The notes under the pieces are model-generated. The model was not told where the DNA came from. It made no database searches and saw only the letters and a list, made by a program, of their open reading frames with translations. A DNA stretch of 64,000 nucleotides, from positions 293,880,001 to 293,944,000 of the forward strand of contig OZ024742.1 in the NCBI GenBank assembly GCA_964016885.1, read 5' to 3'. The position numbers and the translations under genes are program-made. This DNA comes from Eledone cirrhosa. Lineage: Eukaryota. Of this stretch, positions 26,317-40,356 are shown piece by piece (within the stretch, counting starts at the first letter, position 1; every line of letters starts with the position of its first letter).

Positions 26317-29300
26317 TGTAGCGACGTGGTTAGTCAGTCTGGTCACTACTTCTGATTAGATCCTGTGAATTGCGTGACAAAAAGTCTAACTGGGAAGTGA
26401 AGATAACAGTAATTGTGAACTGAATGGCCGTAAGGATGCTGCCTAAAAGTAACAGTTTGCTCCACAGCATATGACTTGAGTGAATGCATGTGGTAAAAAA
26501 AATAGCGAGGCATTCTCGAGCTTTGAGGATGCGATTTGTGAAATGCGTGAACAAAGAGAAAACATTTTGTAGTGTAAGAGTTAGAGGGACACAAATATCT
26601 ATTGCTCCGTGTATGAACCAAAAGGTCAAACAAACGTGGTTTTGTAGTGTGCATGAAAAACAGAATATGTACACGCCTTGTATGTATATAAAAATTATGG
26701 CAATTACACAATCAATGTTACAGAACAAGAAAAATAAAAATGTTTGCAAAACAAGAGAGAGAAGAAAAAAAATGTTATACACAATGATATACACAATGTT
26801 TGTTCTTAAATAGTGTTTGTAATAAATAATGTTCTTCGTGACATGAGCACATGGTCACTAAAAATTGCAATTGTTCAAGCAGAAAGTTCATTGTATTTGA
26901 AACTGGAAATAGTCAACACAAGAAAAATGGAAATGTTTTGCACGAAGAATGATTAAGAAACTCACTTGAGGTTAACGGTAATTCACATATTGTGCCAACT
27001 TGGCGGGCCAATGGACATGTCGTCCACTTCTCGTGACTGGAGATGAAACAGGTGGCTCGCTGGAACAGCAATCTGTTGGAGTTTCTGGTGTAGAGACTGT
27101 AACAGTATCCATGATGGCTTTTTTTAAATCTGTCCACGCTGACAGAATTCTGTTTACCATCTAGATCGAGAATAAAATATTTCGGATATTTTTTTAGAAC
27201 ACGATAAGGGCCAGAATATGGAGGTCGAAGATGAGCTAAGATGGTGTCGTTTCGAACGAAAACGTGTGTCCAATCTTTAATGTCTGAAGGTACGTGTGTG
27301 GCCGTGTTCTGTTGACGGGTGCTTGCAGGAGCAAAGTGAGACATATATTGTCGAAGACGGTGTACGTATGATTCTGGGTCTGGAACATCCTGAGGAGAGA
27401 TGGGAGCAATCATCTGACCAGGTACAACCAGGATGGTGCCGTACACTAATTCTGCAGGTGTGTGTCCGAATTCCTCCTTAACGGTGGATCGAATGCCCAG
27501 AAGGATGAGTGGTAGGTATTCAAACTAGTGGGTCTTGTCTGGATATACTTTTATTGCAGCTTTCAATTGGTGATGGAATCTTTCCACGAGACCATTAGCT
27601 TGCGGGTGATAAGCTGTCGTGTGGATGTGTTTACATCCTAACAGGCGAGTCAGTTCCCTGAAGAGGTGCGAGTCAAATTGGCGTCCTCTGTCCGTTGTTA
27701 TCTTCGCTGGGGCGCCATAACGTGATACCCAGTGTAAAACCAAAGTTTTAGCGACTGTTTCCGCTGAGGTATCATTTATGGGAAAAGCCTCAGGCCAACG
27801 AGAAAATCGATCTATGCAGGTGAGCAAGTGTGTGTAGTTCTGTGATGGTGGTAGAGGTCCGACGATGTCGATATGCACATGATGAAAACGTGCATCAGGT
27901 TGCGCGAATGTGCCGAGTGGAGTTTTGATGTGTCTGTGGACTTTGGCTTTCTGGCAGGCAATGCAGCTCCTGGACCAGTCGCGCACGTCCTTGTTAATGT
28001 TAGTCCACACAAAACGAGCAGAGATGAGTTTCTGTGTAGCCCGGATTCCCGGGTGAGACAAGCAGTGTAAAGCAGAAAAAAACTTGTCGACGATGCATCT
28101 GTGGTACGTAAGGTCGTTCATGATCGGTAGAAAAGTCGCACCAAATTTGTCCCGGAGAAGAAGGATCGGTAGAAAAGTCGCACCAAATTTGTCCCGGAGA
28201 AGAAGGAATGGGAACTTGATGAAACTTGAGGGATGGCGAATCTCGGAACTTGATAAACTCTTCGTCAGTCTCTTGGTCAGCTGCGATCTGTTGAAGGTCG
28301 ATGCCTGAATACACATGTATTGCGTTCAGCTGGATTCGGGACAGGGCGTCGGCTGCTACGTTGTCTGTTCCCTTGATATGCCGAATATCAGTTGAATATT
28401 GGGAGACAAAATCCAGGTGTCGGAGTTCTCTCGGTGAATGTCGATCAGGTTTGGTACGGAACGCATAAACTAGTGGTTTATGGTCCGTGTAGATCACGAA
28501 ATCTGATCCTTCGAGCATGTGCCAAAAATGCTTAACCGAAAGATAGGTTGCCAAGAGTTCGCGGCCAAAGGTACTGTATTTCGTTTCTGCCGGTTGCAAC
28601 CGCTTAGAAAAGAGGGATAAGGGTTGCCACACGCTGTCGACATGCTGTTGTAAAACGCCTCCAACCCCCGTGTCTGATGCGTCCACTAGCAGCGAAAGAG
28701 GAGCGCCAGACCTGGGGAAAACGAGCATGGAAGCGTTTGCCAACATTTCCTTCAGGCGGTTAAAAGATGTTAATTCTTCCTCGTTTAGAGTGATCTCTTC
28801 GTTTTTGCGAGTCCGGTTACGAAGAAGGTCCGTGAGGAGTCTGGTTGCGTCGGAACAATGAGGGATAAACCGCCTATAAAAATTCACTAGGCCGAGGAAT
28901 TCACGCAGTTTCCGAAGTGATGTAGGTGCGGGAAAACTGCGGATAGCTTCTACTTTCTCGGGAAGTGGACGAATGCCGTCTTTATCGATGATGTGCCCGA
29001 GAAAGGACAGTGAAGGAACGCCGAGAAGGCACTTGCTGGGGTTGATGATGATACCGTACTCAGCCAAACGTTGGAAAAGGAGATCTAAGTGCTTCTCGTG
29101 TTCATGCTCGGAAGTACTTGCTACCAGCACGTCGTCAATATACGCGTATACGAAGGGTAGATCGCGTAACACGGTGTCAATAAACCGCTGAAAAGTTTGT
29201 GCAGCGTTGCGCAGACCGAACGGCATTCGCAGGAATTCGAATAAACCGAACGGTGTTGCGACTGCAGGCTCCATAGGTATCTGGTTATATGCACGCACCA

Positions 29301-30927
29301 AATCTACCTTGGAAAAGATGCGTGCGCCTTGCAGAGAGGCAGAAAAATCGTGCAGGTGAGGTACAGGGTAATTATCGGGCACTGTAGAATTGTTAAGTGC
29401 ACGATAATCCCCACATGGTCGCCAATCATTCTCGGGGGGTTTTTTTGGAACAAGGTATAGGGGTGCAGACCAGTTGCTGGAGGAAGGGCGAATGATTCCG
29501 AGGTCCAGCATGTGTTGGAACTCCTGTTTGGCGATTCTCAATCGGTCTGGAGGCAGTCTCCTTGATCGGGCGGCTGTGTGTGGTCCCTTTGTCTCGATGT
29601 GGTGCGTGACACTATGCTTAATAGGACCATCCTTAAATACCGGGCGAGTGATGTCTGGGTATTTCTGGAGAATGCCGTTGTACCGCGAAGGCTCTGACTG
29701 GCAAATTACAGGGCTCACTGTGGATTGCGTGGTAAATATACCTCTCACAGTGAGGTTTGTGGTGGTGTCAATAAGCCTCCGGTTCTTCATATCCACCAGG
29801 AGGTTGAAGTGGTGGAGAAAATCGGCTCCTATGATAGGGGTCGGCAGGTCTGCCACGACGAACACCCATTGAAAACGCCGCCTCAGGCCTAAATTAAGGG
29901 TCAGGGATTTTTCCCCGAAAGTGGGAATTGACGATCGGTTCACTGCCTGCAGAAAGGACGGTGTTGGGTGTCTTTTGCCCGAGATTAGTGAAACCGGAAT
30001 AACACTAACCTGGGCTCCTGTATCCACGAGGTAACGGATGCCTGTCGCCTGGTCGTTAATAAAAAATAGACGACTTTTCTTTTCAGTACCAGGCGTGAAC
30101 GTCGTCGCTAGGCCCTGGGTGGTATTCCGGAAAGAGCACGGGGCTTTGCACTTAGATGCCCGTGCGCCGAAATTTGAGTGATACCAGCGATTTTGACTGG
30201 GACTTCTGGATCTTCGACTGTGAAAAGGCCTGGATCGACTGTTGCTGCGTCGCCGGTGTGTTTGAAAGGTCAAGTTCTCTACTTGATTCGAGAGGGCTTT
30301 AATTTGACCAGCCCGCTCTCTGATCATAGCCCGCAACTCTGAAATCTCGGCCTCTGTCGTTGGTTGCGACATGTCCGTGTTGGTATCTTCTTAGGTACTG
30401 TCTGGTTGCGCGTTCGACTCACGTTCGGGTCACCAATTGTAGCGACGTGGTTAGTCTGTCTGGTCACTACTTCTGATCAGATCCGAGAATAGCCCTTAGA
30501 AGGACTGTTATCGCATACGGTCTGATCAGATCTGAAGATAGCCCTTAAAGGGACTGTTGTCGCATATAGCCCTTAAAAGAACTGTTGAGGATGGACAGGC
30601 GAAAGCACAAGTTGAAAGGACGAAGCAAGGCGAGATGTAAATTCGATCAGCTATTTATTTTCACATAAAGCGACGATACGAGGTACAAGGCGTGTGTGAG
30701 TGACAAAGCGTGGCAGAGGCGAGGAACGATACGCGGGTTGACTCTGCCAAATGTCGACTGCTGAAGTGTTTGGAATCACTCTATTTATACAGAAATAATC
30801 GTTTGATGTTTAGCCGCTGTGTAGGCGTTTATTCTGATAGGTTTTAAGGCTTCTTTTGTTTCACGTTGAGGTAGCTAGCTAACAGGTAGATGGCGCTGTA
30901 TATTTCACAGATATTATTTCCGGTGGC

Positions 30928-30933
<6 letters not shown>
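26317..30933 (-). mobile_element. Ty3/gypsy LTR retrotransposon, internally deleted and frameshifted
   Basis: 5' LTR 30438-30933 (TG..CA, TATA-like and AATAAA on minus), then a tRNA-Trp-like PBS TGGTGACCCGAACGT. Only the terminal ~47 bp of the 3' LTR remains (26317-26363). TA repeats flank both ends. Confidence 0.9.
26972..30372 (-). pseudogene. Gypsy gag(C-term)-pol: protease, RT, RNase H, integrase
   Basis: WYH..FG..A..C..PC gag end, YLVDTGA, RMPFGL, YIDD, VDAS, YTDHKPL, then integrase [28 protein letters not shown]. Frameshift at the A-run ~28080, stop at 27525, and an in-frame 42-bp duplication ~28122-28205. Confidence 0.92.
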
Positions 30934-30962
<29 letters not shown>

Positions 30963-30968
<6 letters not shown>

Positions 30969-31352
30969 TAATAAAAACAATGAAATAAAAAACAAAGAAC
31001 AAGTTCCTTATATTAAAAAATTCATCATTTTACGATCGTTTCTGGGATGTATATGTGTGTTGGTATGTATATCATATAGATCTATGTAAAAATATTTTTA
31101 CATAGATCTATATGATATACATACCAACACACATATACACCCCAGAAACGATCGTAAAATGATGATTTTTTTAATATAAGGAACTTGTTCTTTGTTTTTT
31201 ATTTCATTGTTTTTATTAATTTATCTTGACTCTGTTTTCCTATAATTTTTATCGAAAATGTTTGAATGCATCTTCTCTTTTCATGTTATTTGGATTACAT
31301 TGAGTTTTTCATACGGATTGGACACTACCGTATATTTTGGTAAATTTATCTA
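30963..31352. mobile_element. Fold-back element: 262-bp palindrome (30963-31224) plus tail
   Basis: Arms are reverse complements centred on aaaaatattttt, each with an outward GAAACGATCGTA. Flanked by (TA)n. Confidence 0.8.
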
Positions 31353-31422
31353 CATATATATATATAAATATATATATACAATGATATTAAATAAATGGAA
31401 ACTATATTTATAAAACCATATT

Positions 31423-31487
31423 TATTTTATTATATATATTTCAAGGGTAACCAAGACAACATTGGTACGCTTTCATCAGATAAAATA
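31423..31487 (-). ncRNA. Type I hammerhead ribozyme (25.7-kb family)
   Basis: Minus strand: TATTTTAT CTGATGA AAGc-GTACCAA-tgttgtc-TTGGtTAC-cCTT GAAA TATATA TA ATAAAATA. Confidence 0.85.
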
Positions 31488-31960
31488 CAAAGTTTGTTTT
31501 ATAAATAGAGACATACCCATGAAAATCATACCTTATCGGTTGGAAATTCACTGGATAGTCTCATTAACTCACTCCAGTAATCTGTTAAGTGCTCTAAATC
31601 AGTTATAAACATTTATGTTTGTCAGACTTCCAACAAATTAAATACCACTTCTACTTATATATATATATATATATATACATAATAATAATACTATTTATAG
31701 GGACGGGAACTGATTCTGGCTTGATTTCTACAGCTGGATGCCCTTCCTAACACCAACCTCATTTACAGTGAGTGGTGGGTGCTTTTTTGCCGTGGCACCT
31801 ACACGTCCACTTTGCAGTGGAATGATAGGGACTCCAGCTGAGTAAACTGGAGCAATGTGAAATAAAGTGTCTTGCTCAAGGAAACAACACATCACCCGGT
31901 CTGAGAATTGAACTCACAACCATTCGATTGCAAGGCAAAAACTCTAACCACTAAGCCATG

Positions 31961-32048
<88 letters not shown>

Positions 32049-32071
32049 TAGAGATATATATATATATATAT

Positions 32072-32991
<920 letters not shown>

Positions 32992-33005
32992 ATAGATATA
33001 TATAT

Positions 33006-33095
<90 letters not shown>

Positions 33096-33098
<3 letters not shown>

Positions 33099-36016
33099 CC
33101 TGGAATTCTGTGATGCAAATAACCTAACTATCTGTAACACTAACTTCAAAAAACGTGACAATCACCTGATCACCTATAGATCCGGGGAACACACAAGCCA
33201 GGTAGATTATATCCTTACCAGAAGACGTGACAGAGTGTCTGTTGTAAACACTAAATCCCTTCCCCATGAAGAATGCACCTCCCAACATAGACTGATAATT
33301 AGCGACCTCATAGTCAGGACGAGACGTACTCGACAACAGAAGAGGACTATCCTCAGGAGAAAAATATGGAAGCTAAAGGACCCCACAGCCAGGAATAAAT
33401 TTCAAAGCATATTACTTGATGCTTTCGACAGTAAGGAAGAACTTTTAGAGTCGGACAATATAGAGGGAGAGTGGGAATTTCTGAAAGCAAACCTGCTGTT
33501 GGCGACAGACGAAGTCTGTGGCTGGAGCAGGCCTGTAGGCAGGAGGAGAGTAACATGGTGGTGGAACAGTAAGGTGGAGGAGTCAATTAAGGCCAAAAAG
33601 CAGGCTTGGAAAGTATGGCGGGATGGGGGAAGTAGAGAAGACTATCAAGTGGCCAGGAGGGAAGCTAGGAGACAAGTGTACTTAGCAAGAAGGGAAGCTG
33701 AGGAAAGAAAGTTCAAGCATGTTCTACAACGCGATGACTAAAAACGTGAGGTGTTCAGGATTGCTAGGCAATGCGTCAAGGAAAACCGTGATATTGTCGG
33801 GGAGAAGTGTGTACTAAACGACGATGGCACACTTGCCATCACCGACGCTGATAAGAAGGTAGCTTGGAAGTGTCACTATGAAAGGCTACTAAATGAGGAG
33901 AATAAATGGGAGAAAGACAGTCTCCCCCATATCGACCCAATAGAGGGACCAGCAGTGTTAGTCGAGGGGAGTATGATAAGTAAGGCAATCAAGGATATGA
34001 AGACGGGTAAGGCGGCTGGGCCTTCGGAAATAGTTGCTGAGATGCTGAAGGCATCTGGCACGGTGGGACACACCATGGTCACCCGCATAGTTAACCAAGT
34101 CGTACAGAATGGGGTTGTTCCGAAGGACTGGCATAGCAGCATCATCGTTAACTGTTATAAGGGTAAAGGAGACGCCCTAGATAGGAGTAACTATAGAGGC
34201 ATTAAATTAATCGACCAGGTCATGAAGGTCAGGGAAAAAGTAATAGCACAACTAATCAGAGAGAGAATTGACCTAGATGAAATGCAGTTCGGGTTTGTGT
34301 CAGGCAAAAGTACCACAGACGCTCTTTTCATTGTACGACAACTACAGGAGAAGTACCTAGCTAAAGGTAAACCCCTCTACTTAGCTTTTGTCGACTTGGA
34401 GAAAGCCTTCGACAGAGTCCCCCGCTCCATTATCTGGTGGGCTCTTAGAAAACTAGGCGTTGACGAATGGCTTGTGAGAGCTATACAAGCCATGTATAAA
34501 GAAACAGTCAGCAAGGTTAGAATTAACAACGAATATAGTGAAGAGTTTAGCGTAAAAGTTGGTGTCCATCAGGGCTCTGTTCTCAGCCCCCTACTATTTA
34601 TTATTGCCCTTCAGGCTATAACGGAGGAGTTCAAGACTGGCTGCCCATGGGAACTCCTATACGCAGACGACCTGACACTCATAGCGGAATCAATGGCCGA
34701 GCTAGAGAAGAAATTCCAAACATGGAAGCACGGCCTAGAATCAAAAGGCCTTAAAATTAACCTGGCTAAGACTAAAGTTCTAGTTTGTAGGAAAGAAAAT
34801 AAGGCGGCGGTCCCTTCAGGGAAATGGTCGTGCTCGGTGTGTAGGAAAGGCGTAGGTAGAAACTCCATTTTATGTCCTAAATGCAAAGTATGGGTGCATA
34901 AAAGATGTAGTGGGATCACAGGTAAGCTAACTAAGAACACAGATTTTACATGTGGCCGGTGCTCTGGTGCAATAAGTAGCAGCAAGTGCCCACAAAATAC
35001 TAGCTCGTTCAATTGCGCAGAGGGTTCTATAGAAATAGTGGACAGCTTCCGTTACCTGGGTGATAAAATCAGCAGTGGGGGAGGGTGCTCTGAAAGTACA
35101 GTAGCTAGAGTCAGAACTGGTTGGAAAAAGTTCAGAGAGCTTATACCACTATTAGCCGCTAAAGGGTTCTCCCTAAAAATGAAAGGCAGGTTGTACGATG
35201 CCTGCATACGAACAGCAATGCTGCATGGCAGTGAGACCTGGGCATTGTATGCAGAGGATATACGCAGACTAGAGAGGAACGAAGCTTGCATGCTCCGCTG
35301 GATGTGTAACAGTAATATACGTGAACGGCAAAGCATAAACGAACTAAGGAAAAAATTAGAAATAAGAGGGATCAGATGTTGTTTAATCGAGAGGCTACGT
35401 TGGTATGGACACGTGATGCGCATGAAAGTCGATAGCTGTATAACAAAGTGCAGGGCAATAAAGATAGACGGTAGTCACGGAATAGGCAGACCTAGAAAAA
35501 CCTGGGACGAGCTGATAAACTCCGACCTCACACACTTACACCTCTCCAAGACAATGTCACTGGACCGAGACCTTTGGCGGTACTCAGTAACAGAGAAGAC
35601 CCGCCTTACCTAAATACATAGTAAAACCTACTACAACCAGTAGGCATCTCTAACAAAATACCCCCCCCCCCCCCGTTGCGCCACCCCCAACCTATCCACG
35701 CCACCCCGTTCTATGTAAAGTTGTGTTGGTGCCACACCATCCAGGCCGAAACAAATGAGATCGTGTAGGTGTCACGACAAAAAAACACACAGTCCACGCT
35801 GTAATGTGGCCGTGTAGGCAACACGGTAAAAACCTCCCAGACCCACACTGTAAATGTGGTTGGTGTTAGGAAGGGCATCCAACTGTAGAAAACCTGCCAG
35901 ACAGTCCTATGCGAGCAAGACAATCACTCTTGCCTCAAGTGGGACTACCCCCGTCCAAACCCATGCAAGCGTGGAACACGGACGTTAAACGTTGATTATG
36001 ATGATGATGATGATGA
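33096..36016 (+). mobile_element. 5'-truncated RTE copy with long RT ORF (one TAA at 33739-33741)
   Basis: Near-identical to 9913-12822. The stop is CAA in the other copy. Flanked by (TA)n. Confidence 0.95.
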
Positions 36017-38470
36017 TATAGATATATATATATAAAGAGAGAGAGAGAGAGAGAAAGAGTCAGGACAGCTATGCTAAACACCTGAGCAAATGAGATTAAT
36101 CACCTCATTTACAGACAAGAAAACCATATATTCTCACCTGTTTTCAAGTCCAGCAGTCGCAAGAGTGGGAGGTATCCTCCTGATGAGGACCAGTTAAGTT
36201 CAAAATGCATCATTGACGGTTGTCCCCTTTGCTTCTGCTGGACACCACCAGAGGGCAATAGCCCACGTGTTTTGCATAGCCACGGCATTTCTTTAGAAAT
36301 GCCGTGGCTATGCAATACAAAATTTCAGTATGTATATATGTGTGTATATATATATATATATGGAGGGGGGGGGGGCTATGTGTGTATATTAAACATGTGT
36401 GTTTGTGTATTAAATATTCATATGCACAATTTGTTGTTATTTATTCAACTATGAATAATAAATATCCATTCTTTTACATTGCTCTTTTTACCAGGAGTTG
36501 CAACAGACAGATAGTATCAGCAATGGAGAGATAAATAAAAGCATTGTTTCTTTGGTCGGATCTAATGATCAGCTACTTTTCTTTCTTTTCCCTACCTACA
36601 TTTATATAGGATCCTGTTTCCCCTACCACTTACCTCTCTTGCTTAGAGCATAGCAACAGAAACTTCCAGTTATTCCAACCCCAAATTAGTTCTCCCTTTG
36701 TCTATGAAGTGTGAATTGGGATGACAGGGTGGCAGAGAAGAGAGCCAGGAAGAGAGACAATGAAGTAGGGGTTAATAGAAGTGAGTCAGGAACAGTTTTA
36801 GATTGGGGTGAGAAGAGCAAGTGATGGGTAATGGGAGAGTGAATGATAGGTGATGAGACAGAGTGATTATAAAATGTCATTGGGGAGGAGTGAAGACAGA
36901 TACCATAGTGTGGTGGTGAGATGTATGGGCATAAATAGATGTGATGCTCATACATAACCTCATAAGATCAGCGGTGTGAGGGGGGGGGGGGAATCAAAAT
37001 GGACAGAACTAAAGACATTCCTCATGTGCTGTTAAGTAGATAGCATTATGGAGCAATGTGTATGAGGGTGGGACATTTAGAGTGAAGGAGATGAGAGGGG
37101 ATAAATTATCATCATCATCATCGTTTTTATGTCTCTTTTTCTTAGCTTGCATGAGTTGGACAGGTCCTTCTCAACACTGCATCTCTCCACTCAGTGCATC
37201 ACGTTCCTAAGATAAACTTATATCAGGATAGAACCAGTTTAAAACTAGTTAGACTATTACTCAACAGAGTATTTGATACTTGGGACAGTAGTGTATGGCT
37301 ATATTATAAAGACTCAGGGCCCCGACGGCTGAGCTCTTGCCATTTCAACAACTAGTTCCAGGCTCCATATTAGATGAATATAAAGATAAAAATAAAACCA
37401 AAATTAAAAACAAAGCCTTATTTATAGATTTACTTAGCAAAACCAGTAGTTTGATTCTTGTATAATTCACTGGCAGACAGACACATATATATAGACATAC
37501 AGATGTTTATAAACATAAACATACAGAATTATATATACATTGATGGAATCATACCCATATACATGAATCTTCAATAATAGTTATATTATCATATATACCC
37601 GTATCTCTCTACACTTGTCCATAGATGTACGCACACAGATTAATCCACCCTCACAATATATAAATTTATTTTCCTGAATAAAAAAAAACTTTTTAAAAAC
37701 ATATATAATATTTATCAAAAGGTTCTGTAAACAAATTTAATATTGATTTTTTTCTCTAGAAATTTCTTTTCTTTAACAATAAAATTATTATTTAACAATA
37801 ATTTCATTGTTTATTTTTATCATAAAATTTTTTATAGGAAAATATGCCATCTATTTTTATGTGGAAATATAAAATATTTGATTTATCTAATACTAAAAAA
37901 TCTAAAAGCATGTGTAAAGATTATTCATTTTGAACAAATTATCAGATATGTGCAAGGCTAGTGTGTATGAATGGCAAGAAGAGAAGATTGCACTAGCATG
38001 GATATTTCAAATGTATCTATCTATATATATTTAAAATGATCTTGTTTGTGCTGGTGTAATGTGTATGAACAGTGAAATGTGGATGAGGTGAAAGAAAAAC
38101 TGAGCATCAGTGAAATCAGATGTAGTGTGCAAGAAAGAGGATTGCATGTAGTGCATATGAATGATTATGATCGAGGGATGAAGAAGTGCCAAGAGATCCC
38201 AGTAGAACGACACTGCAGTAATGGAAGACTAAGGATAAACAGGGCAGAACTGGTAACCTGAACCTTACTAAGGAGATGACAAAAGAATGCAATAAGTTGA
38301 GGTAGGCTGTGTTGCAAAAAAAAACAATCCAAAGAGTGGTGGTGCTGCTGTGGCTGGTGCTGGTGCTGGTGGTGCTGCTGCTGCTGTTGCTGCTGCTGCT
38401 GGTAGAAGTAGTGGTGGTGATGGTGGTAGTAGTAGTGGTGGTGGTGGTGGTGCTGTTGGTGGTGGTGGTG

Positions 38471-38519
<49 letters not shown>

Positions 38520-38759
38520 GGGGGGGGCTAACATATAATGGGTGGGTATATTTATTATATCTACATCCCATCTTATTGATCTATCTCTAACTGATTTGAT
38601 TTTGATCTGGTCTATTGATGGATGTATATGTGAAGAATTGGATATTGAAATATACATATACAGTATATTTACATATAGGATGTTCTGCTGATTGTGATGT
38701 ATAGAATAGTGATGATGATGATGATGATGATGATGGAGGGGGCAGGTGATGGGGATCGA

Positions 38760-40025
38760 TGGATGGATGTGTGGTGGTTGGGTGGGATGGAGTGGTTGGT
38801 GTATGGCTGGGTGAGAGGGTGAGTGGCGGTTGAGTGGGATGGGATGGTTGGTGTATGGCTGGGTGAGTGGCGGTTGAGTGGGATGGGATGAGGTGGAGTG
38901 GTTGGTGTATGGCTGAGTGAGAGGGTGAGTGGCGGTTGAGTGGGATGGGATGGTTGGTGTATGGCTGGGTGAGTGGCGGTTGAGTGGGATGGGATGAGGT
39001 GGAGTGGTTGGTGTATGGCTGAGTGAGAGGGAGGTGAGTGGGATGGGGTGAGGTGGAGTGGTTGGTGCATGGCTGAGTGAGAGAGCGGTGAGTGGGATGG
39101 GGTGAGGTGGAGTAGTTGGTGTATGGCTGAGTGAGAGGGAGGTGAGTGGGATGGGGTGAGGTGGAGTGGTTGGTGTATGGCTGAGTGAGAGGGCGGTGAG
39201 TGGGATGGGGTGAGGTGGAGTGGTTGGTGTATGGCTGGGTGAGAGGGAGGTGAGTGGGATGGGGTGAGGTGGAGTGGTTGGTGTATGGTTGAGTGAGGGG
39301 GTGAGTGGCGGTTAAGTGGGATGGGATGGTTGGTGTATGGCTGGGTGAGAGGGAGGTGAGTGGGATGGGCTGAGGTGGAGTGGTTGGTGTATGGCTGAGT
39401 GAGGGGGTGAGTGGCGGTTGAGTGGGATGGGATGGTTGGTGTATGGCTGAGTAAGAGGGAGGTGAGTGGGATGGGGTGAGGTGGAGTGGTTTGTGTATGG
39501 CTGAGTGAGGGGTGAGTGGCGGTTGAGTGGGATGGGATGGTTGGTGTATGGCTGAGTAAGAGGGAGGTGAGTGGGATGTGGTGAGGTGGAGTGGTTGGTG
39601 TATGGCTGAGTGAGGGGGTGAGTGGCAGTTGAGTGGGATGGGATGGTTGGTGTATGGCTGAGTAAGAGGGAGGTGAGTGGGATGGGGTGAGGTGGAGTGG
39701 TTGGTGTATGGCTGAGTGAGGGGGTGAGTGGCGGTTGAGTGGGATGGGATGGTTGGTGTATGGCTGAGTAAGAGGGGGGTGAGTGGGATGGGGTGAGGTG
39801 GAGTGGTTGGTGTACGGCTGAGTGAGGGGGTGAGTGGCGGTTGAGTGGGATGGGATGGTTGGTGTATGGCTGGGTGAGAGGGAGGTTGATTGGTGATTGG
39901 GTGAGGTGGAGTGGTTGGTGTATGGCTGGGTGAGAAGGAGGTGAGTGGGATGGAATGGTTGGTGTATGGCTGGGTGAGAAGGAGGTGAGTGGGATGGGGT
40001 GGTTGGTGTATGTCTGAGTGAGTGG
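38760..40025. repeat. G/T-rich minisatellite of alternating ~52-54-bp modules (ggttggtgtatggctgagtg...)
   Basis: More than 20 visible modules; this explains the repetitive ORFs 38669-40069 and 39312-40103. Confidence 0.9.
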
Positions 40026-40127
40026 GGGTAGATTTGTGGGTAGGTATGGATGGATGGGTGAAAGAGCATTAGACTCGTACTTTATTGAGGAACTGCTCCT
40101 CATCTGTTATAGAAATGATTAAAAAGC

Positions 40128-40356
40128 TTAATCCTTTAGCATTTAAACAAGCCATATCCAGCCAGAATTCTCTCACCTTTTTCTGTTCAAACTGGCCATA
40201 ACTTGCTACTCATACTGATGTTAAGGTATTGTTCTCAAAATAAATAATATCAAAATCTCATAAATCTGATATTATGTGAGATAATTATCTGAGGTAAAGC
40301 CTTTACCATGAAAATATAATAGTATATGTAGAGTAATGAAAATGCTAAAGGGTTAA
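40128..40356. mobile_element. TTAA-flanked (piggyBac-like) MITE
   Basis: ttaa-tcctttagcattt ... aaatgctaaaggg-ttaa terminal inverted repeats. Second copy at 48422-48868. Confidence 0.75.

Noticed and set aside
30532-30560. CTGAAGA plus hairpin in the gypsy LTR
   Set aside because: No GAAA box or stem I/III follows.
38669-40103. 466-aa and 263-aa His/Pro/Thr-rich ORFs
   Set aside because: These are translations of a minisatellite lacking stops on the C-rich strand; there is no domain evidence.
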